A stretch of DNA of 63,977 bases, filler included, from 6 parts of 6 records of this genome joined end to end with filler, not necessarily neighbours in it, one strand, 5' to 3'; positions 39,222 through 49,513 are shown, numbered from the whole stretch's first letter. The notes: generated by a model not told the origin, from the sequence alone. Numbers and translations: made by a program.

Positions 39222-39617
39222 TTACTTCGCCGCTTTCTTTTCAACTGGGCCCCCGGCCTTTTCCCACCCGGAAAACCCGTCTTTGAGATGCGCGGCGTCA
39301 AATCCCATGTCTTGCAATGTGGCCACGGAAATGGCGGATCGCCAGCCGGAGGCACAGTGAAAGACAAACTTTTTATCCTCCCCAAACACCTCTTTGAAAT
39401 AGGGGCTGTCCGGGTCCACCCAGAATTCCAACATCCCGCGAGGGCAATGAAAACTGCCCGGGATAAATCCGACCCGTTCCCGTTCTCGGGGATCGCGGAT
39501 ATCGACGATCTGAACATTTGGATCACTGGCCATCGCGATGCCATCCGCACTGCTGATTTCCTCGATGCGGGCGCGGGCCTCGGCGACCATTTGGGCAGAC
39601 GTACGTTTCAGCGGCAT
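39222..39617 (-). CDS. Rhodanese-like domain protein
   Basis: IVDIRDPRE, IPGSFHCPRGMLEF, FHCASGWRS active loop, LKDGFSGW. Confidence 0.9.
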   Translation of the reverse strand: MPLKRTSAQMVAEARARIEEISSADGIAMASDPNVQIVDIRDPRERERVGFIPGSFHCPRGMLEFWVDPDSPYFKEVFGEDKKFVFHCASGWRSAISVATLQDMGFDAAHLKDGFSGWEKAGGPVEKKAAK

Positions 39618-39629
39618 CTCAGTCTCCGA

Positions 39630-40802
39630 TCAAAGTTTGCCAAGCAGGGCGGGCGTTGGCCAGCCATCAACGGCCAGACCCAGCCGTGCCTGTTCGCGGC
39701 GCACTGCGGCGCGGGTCTTTGCGCCAAGGATACCGTCAATGTCGCCCACATCATAGCCACGGCTCTGCAATTTGGTTTGCAGTTGTTTCATCTGGCCACC
39801 TTCAAGCCCCGGCTCGGGGTTGCCAGCGTCAAAGACCTTGGCCCCCTGCAATCGGGTGGCAAAATAGGCGGCGGTCATCACGTAGGTAAAACTTTGGTTC
39901 CAGTCAAAATAGACGCGGAAGTTGGGGTAGGCGATAAAGGCCGGGCCGCTGCGGCCTTGCGGCAATAGCAAGGAGGCCGTCAGTCCATTGGCAAGATCGC
40001 CGTTGCGGGCGGTGACGCCCAGTGCCTGCCATTCGGCCGTAGATTTCTGCACGTCCAGCCCGGTCAGGGACCAATCGAAGTCATTTGGAACTGCAACCTC
40101 ATCCAACCAGGGCTCGCCTGCGCGCCAGCCAAGGTGATGCAACATCTTACCACCAGACATCAGCGCATCCGGCGCGGAGGTTTTGAGGGACACTTGGCCG
40201 TCACCATCGCCATCCACGCCGTTTTCCAGAATGTCGCGGGGCAGCATTTGCACCATGCCGATCTCTCCGGCCCACGCGCCTGTGGTGGTTTTGGGATCAA
40301 ACGCCCCTTTGGCAAAAAGCTCTACCGCGGCGAGGATCTGCGGGCGGAACAATTCGGGGCGGCGGCAGTCGTGTGTAAGGGTGACGAGGGCATTGGCGGT
40401 GTTGAAATCACCCTGAAAGCTGCCGTAGTCGGTTTCGAAGGCCCAAAACGCCAGCAAGACACCACGATCCACGCCATAGGTTTTTTCAATCCGGTCAAAG
40501 ATCGCATCGTATTTCTTGCCGTTGGCGCGGCCTCTGTTGATCCTGTCGTTGGAAATCAGGCGGCGCGAGAAATCCACAAAAGGGATCTGAAACACGCCTT
40601 GTTTCCGGTCGGCCCGCAGAACGGCAGGGTCTTGTTTGACCCCGGCAAAGAAGGCTTTTGCGGTGCTCGGCGCAATGCCTGCGGCAATGGCCTCGGTTCT
40701 GAGACCTTGCACAAATGTGGAGAATGACCCGCCACAGGGCACATCGGCAAGGGCGGTCAGGGGGGCTGCGATCAGGGCAGCGGCGATCAAAAAGCGGCGC
40801 AT
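39630..40802 (-). CDS. Lytic murein transglycosylase (MltB-like) with C-terminal peptidoglycan-binding domain
   Basis: Signal peptide, AFWAFETDYG (catalytic Glu), GAWAGEIGMVQ, DGDGDG, GYDVGDIDGILGAKTRAA. Confidence 0.9.
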   Translation of the reverse strand: MRRFLIAAALIAAPLTALADVPCGGSFSTFVQGLRTEAIAAGIAPSTAKAFFAGVKQDPAVLRADRKQGVFQIPFVDFSRRLISNDRINRGRANGKKYDAIFDRIEKTYGVDRGVLLAFWAFETDYGSFQGDFNTANALVTLTHDCRRPELFRPQILAAVELFAKGAFDPKTTTGAWAGEIGMVQMLPRDILENGVDGDGDGQVSLKTSAPDALMSGGKMLHHLGWRAGEPWLDEVAVPNDFDWSLTGLDVQKSTAEWQALGVTARNGDLANGLTASLLLPQGRSGPAFIAYPNFRVYFDWNQSFTYVMTAAYFATRLQGAKVFDAGNPEPGLEGGQMKQLQTKLQSRGYDVGDIDGILGAKTRAAVRREQARLGLAVDGWPTPALLGKL

Positions 40803-40811
40803 AGTCTTCCT

Positions 40812-41726
40812 TTAACTCGTTAACAGGCACAGCAGAAATGCAATGCCCAACATCACAGCCCATGCATGCCACAGACGCGTGATTGCCGCATCAATTTCCA
40901 CAGGGCCGATGTAGCGCGATCCGGCGCTGTGCACCCATGCAAATTGTTGCGTGATGCCATCATAGGTGCGCGGACCGGCGAGGGCCACATCAATGGCGCG
41001 GGCCATGGCCGCCTCGGGCCAGCCGGCGTTGGGTGATTTATGCTGTGCGGCGTCGCTGCGGATCATCTGCCATTGGGCGACCACCCCGGCAGGCAGCGCG
41101 ATCAAGAGCGCGGTCAAACGGGCAGGCACCAAATTCAGCAGGTCATCCATCCGCGCCGAGGCCCAGCCAAACTGTTCATGACGGGGGGTGCGATAGCCGA
41201 TCATGCTGTCGGCAGTGTTGACAAATTTGTAGACCAGCAATCCGGGAAGCCCCCCAATCAGGAACCAAAACGCCGGGGCGATCACCCCATCGCTGAGGTT
41301 TTCTGCGGCGCTTTCGATCGCAGAACGGGCCACAGCTGATCCGTCCATTGCGGCGGTGTCGCGGCTTACGATCATGGCCACATCGCGGCGGCCTTGCTGC
41401 ACGGACATCCGCAATCCGTCGGCGACTTTTTGAACGTGTTGGACCAGCGATCTTTGCGCCAGTAGCACAGCTGCGGCGACAATTTCGACAACAGGGCCAA
41501 AGGCGGCCAAGACCTGTCCAATGAGATAGCCAATGATGATCAACAGCAGCAGCGCCACAGTGCCTTTGGCCTTGCGCTCAGTGCCGCTGTTCAACGTCAT
41601 ATCAAGCCAGCCAACAACCCGGCCCATGAGAACAGCCGGATGTGGCAACCGTTGCCAAAGCCATTTCGGCTCTCCCATCGCGGCATCCAGAACCATGGCG
41701 ATGATCAACAGTGCGGCTGTGTTCAT
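40812..41726 (-). CDS. cobD: Adenosylcobinamide-phosphate synthase (CobD/CbiB)
   Basis: [57 protein letters not shown] at 41726. Confidence 0.93.
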   Translation of the reverse strand: MNTAALLIIAMVLDAAMGEPKWLWQRLPHPAVLMGRVVGWLDMTLNSGTERKAKGTVALLLLIIIGYLIGQVLAAFGPVVEIVAAAVLLAQRSLVQHVQKVADGLRMSVQQGRRDVAMIVSRDTAAMDGSAVARSAIESAAENLSDGVIAPAFWFLIGGLPGLLVYKFVNTADSMIGYRTPRHEQFGWASARMDDLLNLVPARLTALLIALPAGVVAQWQMIRSDAAQHKSPNAGWPEAAMARAIDVALAGPRTYDGITQQFAWVHSAGSRYIGPVEIDAAITRLWHAWAVMLGIAFLLCLLTS

Positions 41727-42134
41727 AGCATTGCCTTTTCGATACGGGGCCATTGGTCCGGGGCTGGCAGGCCAAGGCGCAACCAATGGGGATTGTAGGG
41801 AAAGATCCGGCTCCAGATATGGTGTTGGGCCAGTGTTTCTTGCCATTCGGCGGCGTTCTCCACCTCATAAAGCCGGAAAAGATCAGTTCCGCCCGCCAGC
41901 TTTGCCCCTTTGGCGGTGACCAGCGCGTCCAGGCGCTGGGCGTCTTTGTGCAGCCGGTTGCGGGTCTCCTCCGCCCAGTGCTGCGCACGCAGGGCATCGG
42001 CGCCAATGGTCAGTGCAGGCCCGGCAACCGCCCATGGGCCCAGCATCGCGCGCAGCTGGTTCACAAGGGCCGGATCGCCAATCGCAAACCCCAGCCGCAC
42101 ACCTGCCAGCCCCCAGAACTTGCCAAAGCTTTTC
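41723..42134 (-). CDS. cobC: Threonine-phosphate decarboxylase (CobC-like), 5' truncated
   Basis: [15 protein letters not shown] (PLP Lys), [17 protein letters not shown]...LRLGLP; overlaps the cobD start. Confidence 0.85.
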
Positions 42135-42234
42135 NNNNNNNNNNNNNNNNNNNNNNNNNNNNNNNNNNNNNNNNNNNNTTAATTAATTAANNNNNNNNNN
42201 NNNNNNNNNNNNNNNNNNNNNNNNNNNNNNNNNN
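42135..42234. other. Artificial contig linker
   Basis: N44-TTAATTAATTAA-N44. Confidence 0.99.
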
Positions 42235-42238
42235 ACTG

Positions 42239-42392
42239 CTCTGCGTTCTCTGCGCCTCCGCGTTCAAAACTGTCCAACACAGCTACAACACCTGCGGTCA
42301 ATCATGTGGCGGCTGCGCCGGATGGGGAGGGGCGGCTGCGCCGGTTGAGGAGGAGGCGGCTGCGCCGGTTGCAAGCAGGCTGCCTGCACTAC
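42239..42392. repeat. Cluster of short REP-like repeats
   Basis: CTCTGCGTT/CTCTGCGC/CTCCGCGTT tandem (42239-42264); GGCGGCTGCGCCGG x3 (42308, 42331, 42355); minus-strand GTAG followed by the TGCAGGCA-GCC-TGCTTGCA hairpin. Confidence 0.7.
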
Positions 42393-42558
42393 GGGGTATT
42401 TCGGTCGGCTCAACAGCGAGCTTTCTACTGAAGGATAGCTGTGGTATCGTAGTGTTATTGAGTGCAGCTTGATAGAGTGTCAGGCTGAAGCGTCTTCCCG
42501 AGTTGGCGATCGGTTTGTCTTGTGGGGTCGAGCCCTCTTTGCAAGCAGGTTTACCCGT

Positions 42559-43215
42559 ATGCGGCCTATTTTCAAACTACTGCTCAAACTCACTGCGGTG
42601 CTACTGCTTGCAAAGACCTTGGTGGCGACTGTCGTAGGGTACGGCCACTATCTTCCACCAGACTTTGGTTCTGGCTTCCTGGCTGGCCGAGAACTCTTCT
42701 TTACATCGACCTACGCCGCTGCATTCTATGTGCATATCGCCTGCGGTCCGATAGCGATCCTGCTGGCGACGTTCCTTTGGTTATCCGGACAACAGAACAG
42801 GCAGGGTAAGTTACACAGAATGGCCGGTCGGATGCTAGCTGCTGTCGTGATGCTGGGCTTGGTGCCAAGTGGTGTCGTGATGGGGCGCAGTACCTTCGGT
42901 GGGCCAGTGGCCGAACTCGCGTTCTATGCACATGCATTGGTGCTATCGGTCGCAATCGTCCGCTCGATCCGCATGGCTCAGGATGGTAAAATTCGACAGC
43001 ACCGCGCGTGGTCAGATCGAACGCTATTGCTGCTTCTCGGACCACTTGCACTAAGAATTACCGGAGGCCTGCTCGACACTCTTGGTGTGCAGTCCCCAGC
43101 CTGGTACCAGGCAAACACTTGGCTCAGTTGGGTTGTCCCACTGCTGGTCTATGAGATCATTCGCTACCGAGCCCAGGTGCAACCCCGTAATTCGCACGTC
43201 GCTTACAGAAGTTGA
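42559..43215 (+). CDS. DUF2306-like membrane protein
   Basis: FYVHI, LHRMAGR, HRAWSDR (conserved His residues in TM helices). Confidence 0.75.
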   Translation: MRPIFKLLLKLTAVLLLAKTLVATVVGYGHYLPPDFGSGFLAGRELFFTSTYAAAFYVHIACGPIAILLATFLWLSGQQNRQGKLHRMAGRMLAAVVMLGLVPSGVVMGRSTFGGPVAELAFYAHALVLSVAIVRSIRMAQDGKIRQHRAWSDRTLLLLLGPLALRITGGLLDTLGVQSPAWYQANTWLSWVVPLLVYEIIRYRAQVQPRNSHVAYRS

Positions 43216-43216
43216 G

Positions 43217-44323
43217 ATGCTGATGAATAAGCCTTCTCCGAAACCTGTACCTACGATCGACCTAGGTCGATCAGGTGGATTTACCGTGGTTGAACTACTA
43301 GTAATCATTGTGATCCTGGGCCTCTTGGCGGGTCTGTTGCTACCAGCCGTGCGCACTTCGCGCGAGGCCGCTCGCCGAATGCAGTGTTCGAACAACCTAA
43401 AGCAACTGGGGCTCGCGATGCACAACTATGAATCAGCATACAAGTGCTTTCCAACTTCGATTGGAGGCACGAGCGAAGGAGGGCCGCTTGAGTGCAACAT
43501 GGGACGCGCGAGCTTCTTGGTCGGCTTGCTGACCTACATTGAGAGTAGTACTCGGTACTACAATATCATGAACCCGCTCACGCACGAGTCGCAGACGTTT
43601 CCGGCGGGTGGTCCGGCGCCGTGGATTGCCGAATACCCGCCTTGGCAAGAGCAGATGCCGTTTCTCCATTGTCCGTCCAATCCGCCTCGCGACGAAAGCA
43701 TCGTGTTAGGTGGAACAAACTATGGAGCGGTGGTCGGTGACATTGCCAACGACCTTCATTCTCATTCTGGCGTGCGAGGCATGTTCAATCCGACTGTCTA
43801 TTTGACGCGTGGGCAAATTGCTGATGGCCAGTCGAGTACGCTGATGATTTCCGAGCTGGCGTGGGCAGACGGAAGGCGAACGCTGGGGCAGTACTCGGTC
43901 AACCAACCGTCAAGCATGCTCGCAAGCCCCTCGGATTGCTTGACTGTTGCGAAGGACGGTCAGTATCTGGAGTCGATTGAACTTGCCGCAGGCGGCCGAG
44001 GCAGCTCTTGGGCTGACGGTGGTGCTGGGCCGGGGATGATCAATACGATTTTGCCGCCCAATTCGCCAAGCTGTGCCGTTGGCGGGGACATGGCTGTCGA
44101 CGGATTCTATTCCGCTAGTAGTTTGCATACTGGAGGTGTGAATGTTGCGATGGCTGATGGCAGCGTGCAATTTATCTCCCAGAATATCGATTGCAACGAC
44201 CTGAGCAGTCCTTCCTTGCCGGCCGACCAGTGGGATGCTGGTCAACGCCGTCGCAGCCCCTTTGGCATCTGGGGCGCACTTGGCACTATTGCCAGCGATG
44301 ACGTGGCTGAAGCGGCACGATAG
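43217..44323 (+). CDS. DUF1559 family prepilin-type protein (Planctomycete)
   Basis: [58 protein letters not shown]9-DG motif [16 protein letters not shown]. Confidence 0.93.
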   Translation: MLMNKPSPKPVPTIDLGRSGGFTVVELLVIIVILGLLAGLLLPAVRTSREAARRMQCSNNLKQLGLAMHNYESAYKCFPTSIGGTSEGGPLECNMGRASFLVGLLTYIESSTRYYNIMNPLTHESQTFPAGGPAPWIAEYPPWQEQMPFLHCPSNPPRDESIVLGGTNYGAVVGDIANDLHSHSGVRGMFNPTVYLTRGQIADGQSSTLMISELAWADGRRTLGQYSVNQPSSMLASPSDCLTVAKDGQYLESIELAAGGRGSSWADGGAGPGMINTILPPNSPSCAVGGDMAVDGFYSASSLHTGGVNVAMADGSVQFISQNIDCNDLSSPSLPADQWDAGQRRRSPFGIWGALGTIASDDVAEAAR

Positions 44324-44623
44324 ACGTGCATTCTTTTGAGCTCGAGCGCTTCGACTGCTCCGATTCCGGCGGGGACTTAGGTGCTCCGGCGCCTGCGTTG
44401 TGCCATTTGAGTGCTGATGGGCCCATCGGTTGTCATCGAAGGTGCCGTCGGTGTGCCGTCGGGTGCCTGCATAGGCGAATACTAGGCTTGCGGGTATGCT
44501 ATTTCAGGTGATTCGCTACTCGGGCAAGGCCGTGTCTAGGCTGTTCGGAATACGTCAGCGTATGTCCTCCGGGAGGCCTTCGAATCAAAGGCGGCCGACA
44601 GTAACTTCGACGGATTGATCGCT

Positions 44624-45493
44624 ATGGGCATTTACGACAGAGACTACTATCAGGAGGACGACGCGTTCCGTTCATCGCGGCTGTGGGACAATCGCTCCAT
44701 GGTCGAGTTGATCATCATCGCCAATGCGATCTTCCTATTCGCAAACCTGCTGCTGACCGGACGGTCGAATGCCCTCACCGAGGCGATGGCACTTTCTACG
44801 GACGATATATTCCGCCCTTTGCAGTGGTATCGCTTTTTGTCGGCTGGCTTTGCTCACGCTGACATCTGGCACTTAATCTCAAACATGATCGGTCTGTATT
44901 TTCTGGGCCGCCGAGTCGAGGACCGCTACGGGAAATGGGAGTTCGCTCGTATCTACGTGGCCACCCTCCTGTTCGCGAACATTGTCTACGCAATTATCCA
45001 CACCGCGATGGGTAGTGTCAGTTCCTGCGTTGGTGCTTCTGGCGCGGTCAGCGGCATCGTCATCCTGTTCGTGCTCAACTTCCCACGAGCGACGCTGATG
45101 ATCTGGGGCGTCCTCCCGGTTAAGGCTTGGGCCGTGGGGGTGTTGTTGATTCTCGGGGACATCATCGGCACTCAGGGACGAGACAATGTTGCGCACGATG
45201 TTCACTTGTACGGTGTCGCGTTTGCGGCGGCCTACTTCTTGTGGGGCTGGAACTTTTCGTCCCTGGGCAGTGTCTTCTCAGGCGTCTTCTCAGGAATCAA
45301 TACCACCATCAAGCAGAAGCAGCGAGGGTTGCGAGTGCATTCGCCTCCCGCTGGCCCGTCCAGTAGCGATGAAGCCGAATCGGACCGAATTCTTGATAAG
45401 ATTTCACGCGAGGGAAAAGATAGCCTTACCCGCCGCGAACGCGCTTTCCTGGAGAAGTACAGCGAGCAAGTTCGCAAGCAACGCGGTGGTTAA
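44624..45493 (+). CDS. Rhomboid family intramembrane serine protease
   Basis: MGIYDRDY, WYRF, HLISNM, GASGAV (Ser), AHDVHLYG (His), C-terminal DRILDKISREGKDSLT. Confidence 0.92.
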   Translation: MGIYDRDYYQEDDAFRSSRLWDNRSMVELIIIANAIFLFANLLLTGRSNALTEAMALSTDDIFRPLQWYRFLSAGFAHADIWHLISNMIGLYFLGRRVEDRYGKWEFARIYVATLLFANIVYAIIHTAMGSVSSCVGASGAVSGIVILFVLNFPRATLMIWGVLPVKAWAVGVLLILGDIIGTQGRDNVAHDVHLYGVAFAAAYFLWGWNFSSLGSVFSGVFSGINTTIKQKQRGLRVHSPPAGPSSSDEAESDRILDKISREGKDSLTRRERAFLEKYSEQVRKQRGG

Positions 45494-45625
45494 CCGTTAG
45501 CCTTCAACCATAGAACAAAGACAATCGTCGATCTCACCAGACTTGCAAACAAAAATCGTCCAAGGGCTTTCTAGCTGTTTGCGCAGGTTCAATCGACAAT
45601 CCAAATACATTGCCGGAGAAAACAT

Positions 45626-46897
45626 ATGAGCACACAAACAACATTCCCATTGCTCAGAACCGAAATTGCGGGGCTTTCGATTGCCGATTTGGCCGATCAG
45701 TTCGGCACGCCATTTTACGCGTACGATACCGCTCGCATCCAGCAGCGAGTGGACGACCTGAAGCAGTTTGATGTTATTCGATACGCACAGAAGGCTTGCT
45801 CCAATATTGCCATCCTGGATCGGATGCGAAAGATGGGCGTTGTCGTTGATGCGGTGAGTATCGGCGAAGTTCATCGCGCGTTGGCGGCAGGCTTTACACC
45901 TGATTCACAGCCGCACGGAATTGTGTATACGGCTGACATCTTTGATCGTCCAACTCTGGCAGAAGTTGTGGATCGAAATATTCCTGTCAACGTCGGATCG
46001 CCCGACATGATCGACCAACTTGGTGAAGTTGCACCTGGTCGCGAGATCACTCTTCGCATCAACCCTGGCTTTGGGCACGGACACAGTCAGAAGACCAACA
46101 CTGGCGGACCTCAGTCCAAGCACGGCATTTGGCATGGCGATATTGATGAATGCCTGATTCGCGCCGATCGCAGTGGGCTTGTTGTGACCGGCATGCACAT
46201 GCATATCGGCAGCGGCACCGATTTTGAGCACCTGGCCGAAGTTTGCGGCGCGATGGAGACAGCTTGCGAGAAAGTTGGTCGAACGATCAAAACGATTAGT
46301 GCGGGTGGTGGGCTACCCGTGCCGTACAAGGAATCTGACACCTACCTGGACGTTGGCCAGTACTTTGATTTGTGGGACGCAACTCGCAAGCGACTTGAGG
46401 CCAAGTTCGATCACTCAATTTCGCTCGAGATCGAACCGGGCAGATATCTAGTTGCCGAGTCGGGTTACTTGGTTGCAGAGATTCGCGCGGTTAAGCAGAT
46501 GGGCGAGAATACTTTCTATCTCCTTGACTCGGGCTTTAACGACCTCGCCCGACCGATTCTCTACGGAGCGTACCACCCTATTTCGATTGCCCACCGAGCC
46601 GGCAGCACCGGATCGGATGCAACCCGTGACGTGATTGTCGGCGGGCCATTGTGTGAGTCAGGCGACATTTTCACGCAGGACGAAGGCGGTTTTGTTGCGA
46701 AGCGTAGTCTGCCGGTCGCGGGCGTAGGCGACTTGGTAGTTTTTGAAGTTGCAGGGGCGTACGCTTACGCGATGGCCAGCAATTACAACAGCAAGTTCCG
46801 GTGTCCTGAAATCATGATTGAGGACTCACAAGCGAAACTGATTCGCCGACGCGAAACCGCCGAAGACCTACTGGCCCTAGAATCCATCCCTCAGTAG
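45626..46897 (+). CDS. lysA: Diaminopimelate decarboxylase
   Basis: FGTPFYAY, RYAQKACSN, DAVSIGE, HMHIGSG, EPGRYLV, GPLCESGD, GAY...SNYN. Confidence 0.95.
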   Translation: MSTQTTFPLLRTEIAGLSIADLADQFGTPFYAYDTARIQQRVDDLKQFDVIRYAQKACSNIAILDRMRKMGVVVDAVSIGEVHRALAAGFTPDSQPHGIVYTADIFDRPTLAEVVDRNIPVNVGSPDMIDQLGEVAPGREITLRINPGFGHGHSQKTNTGGPQSKHGIWHGDIDECLIRADRSGLVVTGMHMHIGSGTDFEHLAEVCGAMETACEKVGRTIKTISAGGGLPVPYKESDTYLDVGQYFDLWDATRKRLEAKFDHSISLEIEPGRYLVAESGYLVAEIRAVKQMGENTFYLLDSGFNDLARPILYGAYHPISIAHRAGSTGSDATRDVIVGGPLCESGDIFTQDEGGFVAKRSLPVAGVGDLVVFEVAGAYAYAMASNYNSKFRCPEIMIEDSQAKLIRRRETAEDLLALESIPQ

Positions 46898-47008
46898 CTC
46901 GCCGGTTTGTCCCGATGTTCGCTTCGGCCGAGCACAAGCCTTTTCGCCTTACCACAGGCTGTTTCGCCGCTGAAACGTAGCAGCAATAGACTTTGGAGCC
47001 CGTGAAAA

Positions 47009-48202
47009 ATGATCTGCAATCAATCCAAGCAGTCCACTAGCTGCAAACTTTCCTGTTGGCGGCTCGCGTTCGTCCTTCTCGCAACGTTTTTGATGCCAGC
47101 ATCCATTGGTTGTAATACCAATAGCGCTAGTGATGCCGAGGCGACAAAAGCCGAATCGGTCGAGCCATCAAGCGTCAAAGCGGCCCAGGCCAAAGCGGAC
47201 AAGATCGCAGCCGATACCGAACTTGCAGCCGCACTGGAGCAATCTGATGCAAAAGTTGTCAAGAATTCCGCTGGGCAAGTAACCGAAATCGTATTCGCGG
47301 ACTCGCCGATCACTTCCGAGCTTGCCAAACAGATTGCGCAACTTGGCAAGAACGTCAAGAAACTGGCCATCTACCAGGCTGACTTGGAAATTGCCGACTG
47401 GGAAGAGCTCGGCAAACTCAAACAGCTCGAACACTTGGACCTGCGGAATTGCCCGCTGAGCAACTCCGGCTTGATTGCGGTTGCTTCGAACATGCCGAAA
47501 CTTCGGAGTTTGCGGCTCAATGGCAAGAGCGGGACACAGGCCGATGTCGACGACGACGGGTTTGTGGTTTTGAAGAACATGCCGGAATTGAAAGTGCTAG
47601 CTGCCGACTACCTCTGGCTCAGCGAGGATGGTCTCGATCATTTTAGCAATCCTGCCGGGCTGGTTGAACTGTACGCCGCCAAGACGCTGATCGATGACTT
47701 TGCGATGGAAGCTATCGCAAAGATGACCGCGCTGAAGAAACTGCGTTTGGCAGTTGGCAGCGTGACTGCGGATGGCTTGCGGCACATTGAAAATCTAAAC
47801 CTGGCGGAACTCGACCTGAGCGAATGCCCAGGCGTGGACGATATGGCGATGCAGTCCGTAGCCAAATTGTCGCAACTCAAGAAATTGAATCTGTGGCGGA
47901 CCACGATCTCGGACACGGGATGTATAGCACTTGCACCGCTGGAAAATCTTGTCTGGTTAAACGTTGACAATACAACGATTGGAAATGGCGCATTGGCCGG
48001 TTTTGAAGCAATGCAAAAGCTCGAGTTCTTGCACCTTGGGTCAACTTCGGTAACCGATGAAGGTATGCCCAAACTTGCCGGACTGACGAGTTTGAAGGAC
48101 TTAATCGTAACGCGGACTGCTGTCACGCAAGCAGGGTTGAAGCCAATCCGCGAGGCGCTTCCGAAAGTCAACATTCAAACGGAATACCTAGGCGAGAACT
48201 AG
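47009..48202 (+). CDS. Leucine-rich repeat lipoprotein
   Basis: Lipobox-like ASIGC; repeated LxxLxLxxTxVTD units of about 24 aa. Confidence 0.85.
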   Translation: MICNQSKQSTSCKLSCWRLAFVLLATFLMPASIGCNTNSASDAEATKAESVEPSSVKAAQAKADKIAADTELAAALEQSDAKVVKNSAGQVTEIVFADSPITSELAKQIAQLGKNVKKLAIYQADLEIADWEELGKLKQLEHLDLRNCPLSNSGLIAVASNMPKLRSLRLNGKSGTQADVDDDGFVVLKNMPELKVLAADYLWLSEDGLDHFSNPAGLVELYAAKTLIDDFAMEAIAKMTALKKLRLAVGSVTADGLRHIENLNLAELDLSECPGVDDMAMQSVAKLSQLKKLNLWRTTISDTGCIALAPLENLVWLNVDNTTIGNGALAGFEAMQKLEFLHLGSTSVTDEGMPKLAGLTSLKDLIVTRTAVTQAGLKPIREALPKVNIQTEYLGEN

Positions 48203-48265
48203 CTGTCGAAATTGCCGGGCGGAAGGCAGAAGCACACACTACTCAAAGATCAAAAGGATGAACCC

Positions 48266-49513
48266 TTGACCGAAGCAACCAAGAAACCATGGACGGAATC
48301 GATGTCGGACGAACGTTTCGCACTGATGCGGAACATTCTTGCAGCCCCTAGCCCGATTGGGTTGGAAGCTGCGATGACGCGTGGTGTGCTTCAGCCTTAC
48401 CTCGAAAAAGCGGCCCTGCCGAATTGGAAGATCCACACCTTCAAAGGCAACGCCGGAATTGTCCTCGATACTGCTCCTGATGATGATGACGCTTTTTCGG
48501 TGATGATCATCGGACACGCCGATAAGATTCGCTTGCAGGTTCGCAGCATCTCTGACGACGGAAAGATCTGGGTCAATTCCGATTCCATGCTTCCGACCAC
48601 CCTGATTGGTCACCAAGTCAAACTCTTTACCGAGTCGCCTGACGAACACGGCAAATGGCGTTCGATCAGCGGCGGAACCATCGAAGCCATTGGGGCGATT
48701 CACTTCGCCAATCCCAAGGTGCGAAGCGGCGATGCTGGAATCAAGGCGGATATGCTGTACCTGGAGCTTCAGATTCATGGTGATGATAAGAAGGGGCAAG
48801 TCGAACGCCTGGGCATCCGTCCCGGTGATCCAATCCTCCTTGACCGCCCGATCCAACGTGGGTTTTCACCAGACACATTCATGGGCGCGTATCTCGACAA
48901 CGGGCTTGGTTGCTTCGTCGCTGGTGAAGTTGCTCGACTGATCGCCGAAGGCGGCGGCCTGAAGAATGTTCGCTATCTGGCAGCGATGGCAACACATGAA
49001 GAAATCGGACGATTCGGGAGCCGTGTACTTGTTGAGAAATTCCGCCCCGATGTAACCATCGCCGTCGATGTCGCCCACGATTTCAACGCGGCGCCTGGAA
49101 TTGGAGATCGTCGTTACGAATCCTTGGCAATGGGCTCCGGTTTCACGCTGACCCATGGTGCCGTTTGCAGTGCTTCACTGAACACGTTGATTACGCGTGT
49201 TGCAAACCAGCACGGCATTCCCGTGCAGCATGAACTTGCCGGTCGTGATACCGGAACCGATGCCATGGCCGCTGTGTTGGCGGCAATCGATTCCGCCGCT
49301 GCCAGCATTGGCTTGCCGATCCGCAACATGCACACGATTAGCGAGTGCGGACACACCGGCGACGTCGACGCAGCAATCCACGGCATGTACGAAATGCTCA
49401 AGGAAATGGATTCTCTCGGCAATGGAAACGGAATCACGGTCGCAGATCTGTGTGAAGGGCATCCGCGGCTTGAACAATCTGATGCGTTGTCTCACATCCC
49501 AGCGTCGGAGTGA
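48266..49513 (+). CDS. M42 family (TET-like) metalloaminopeptidase
   Basis: GHADKI, YLDNGLG, HEEIG, VDVAHD, TGTDAM, PIRNMHT; TTG start after an AAGGA SD. Confidence 0.88.
   Translation: MTEATKKPWTESMSDERFALMRNILAAPSPIGLEAAMTRGVLQPYLEKAALPNWKIHTFKGNAGIVLDTAPDDDDAFSVMIIGHADKIRLQVRSISDDGKIWVNSDSMLPTTLIGHQVKLFTESPDEHGKWRSISGGTIEAIGAIHFANPKVRSGDAGIKADMLYLELQIHGDDKKGQVERLGIRPGDPILLDRPIQRGFSPDTFMGAYLDNGLGCFVAGEVARLIAEGGGLKNVRYLAAMATHEEIGRFGSRVLVEKFRPDVTIAVDVAHDFNAAPGIGDRRYESLAMGSGFTLTHGAVCSASLNTLITRVANQHGIPVQHELAGRDTGTDAMAAVLAAIDSAAASIGLPIRNMHTISECGHTGDVDAAIHGMYEMLKEMDSLGNGNGITVADLCEGHPRLEQSDALSHIPASE

Noticed and set aside
38898-39360. ORF-track calls 38898-39203(-), 38930-39163(-) and 39088-39360(+)
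   Set aside because: They lack clear ribosome-binding sites, run through a strong terminator and have no protein-like features.
42308-42368. Possible mini-CRISPR (three 14-bp repeats)
   Set aside because: Repeats and 9-10-nt spacers are far too short and there are no cas genes; better explained as REP-like.
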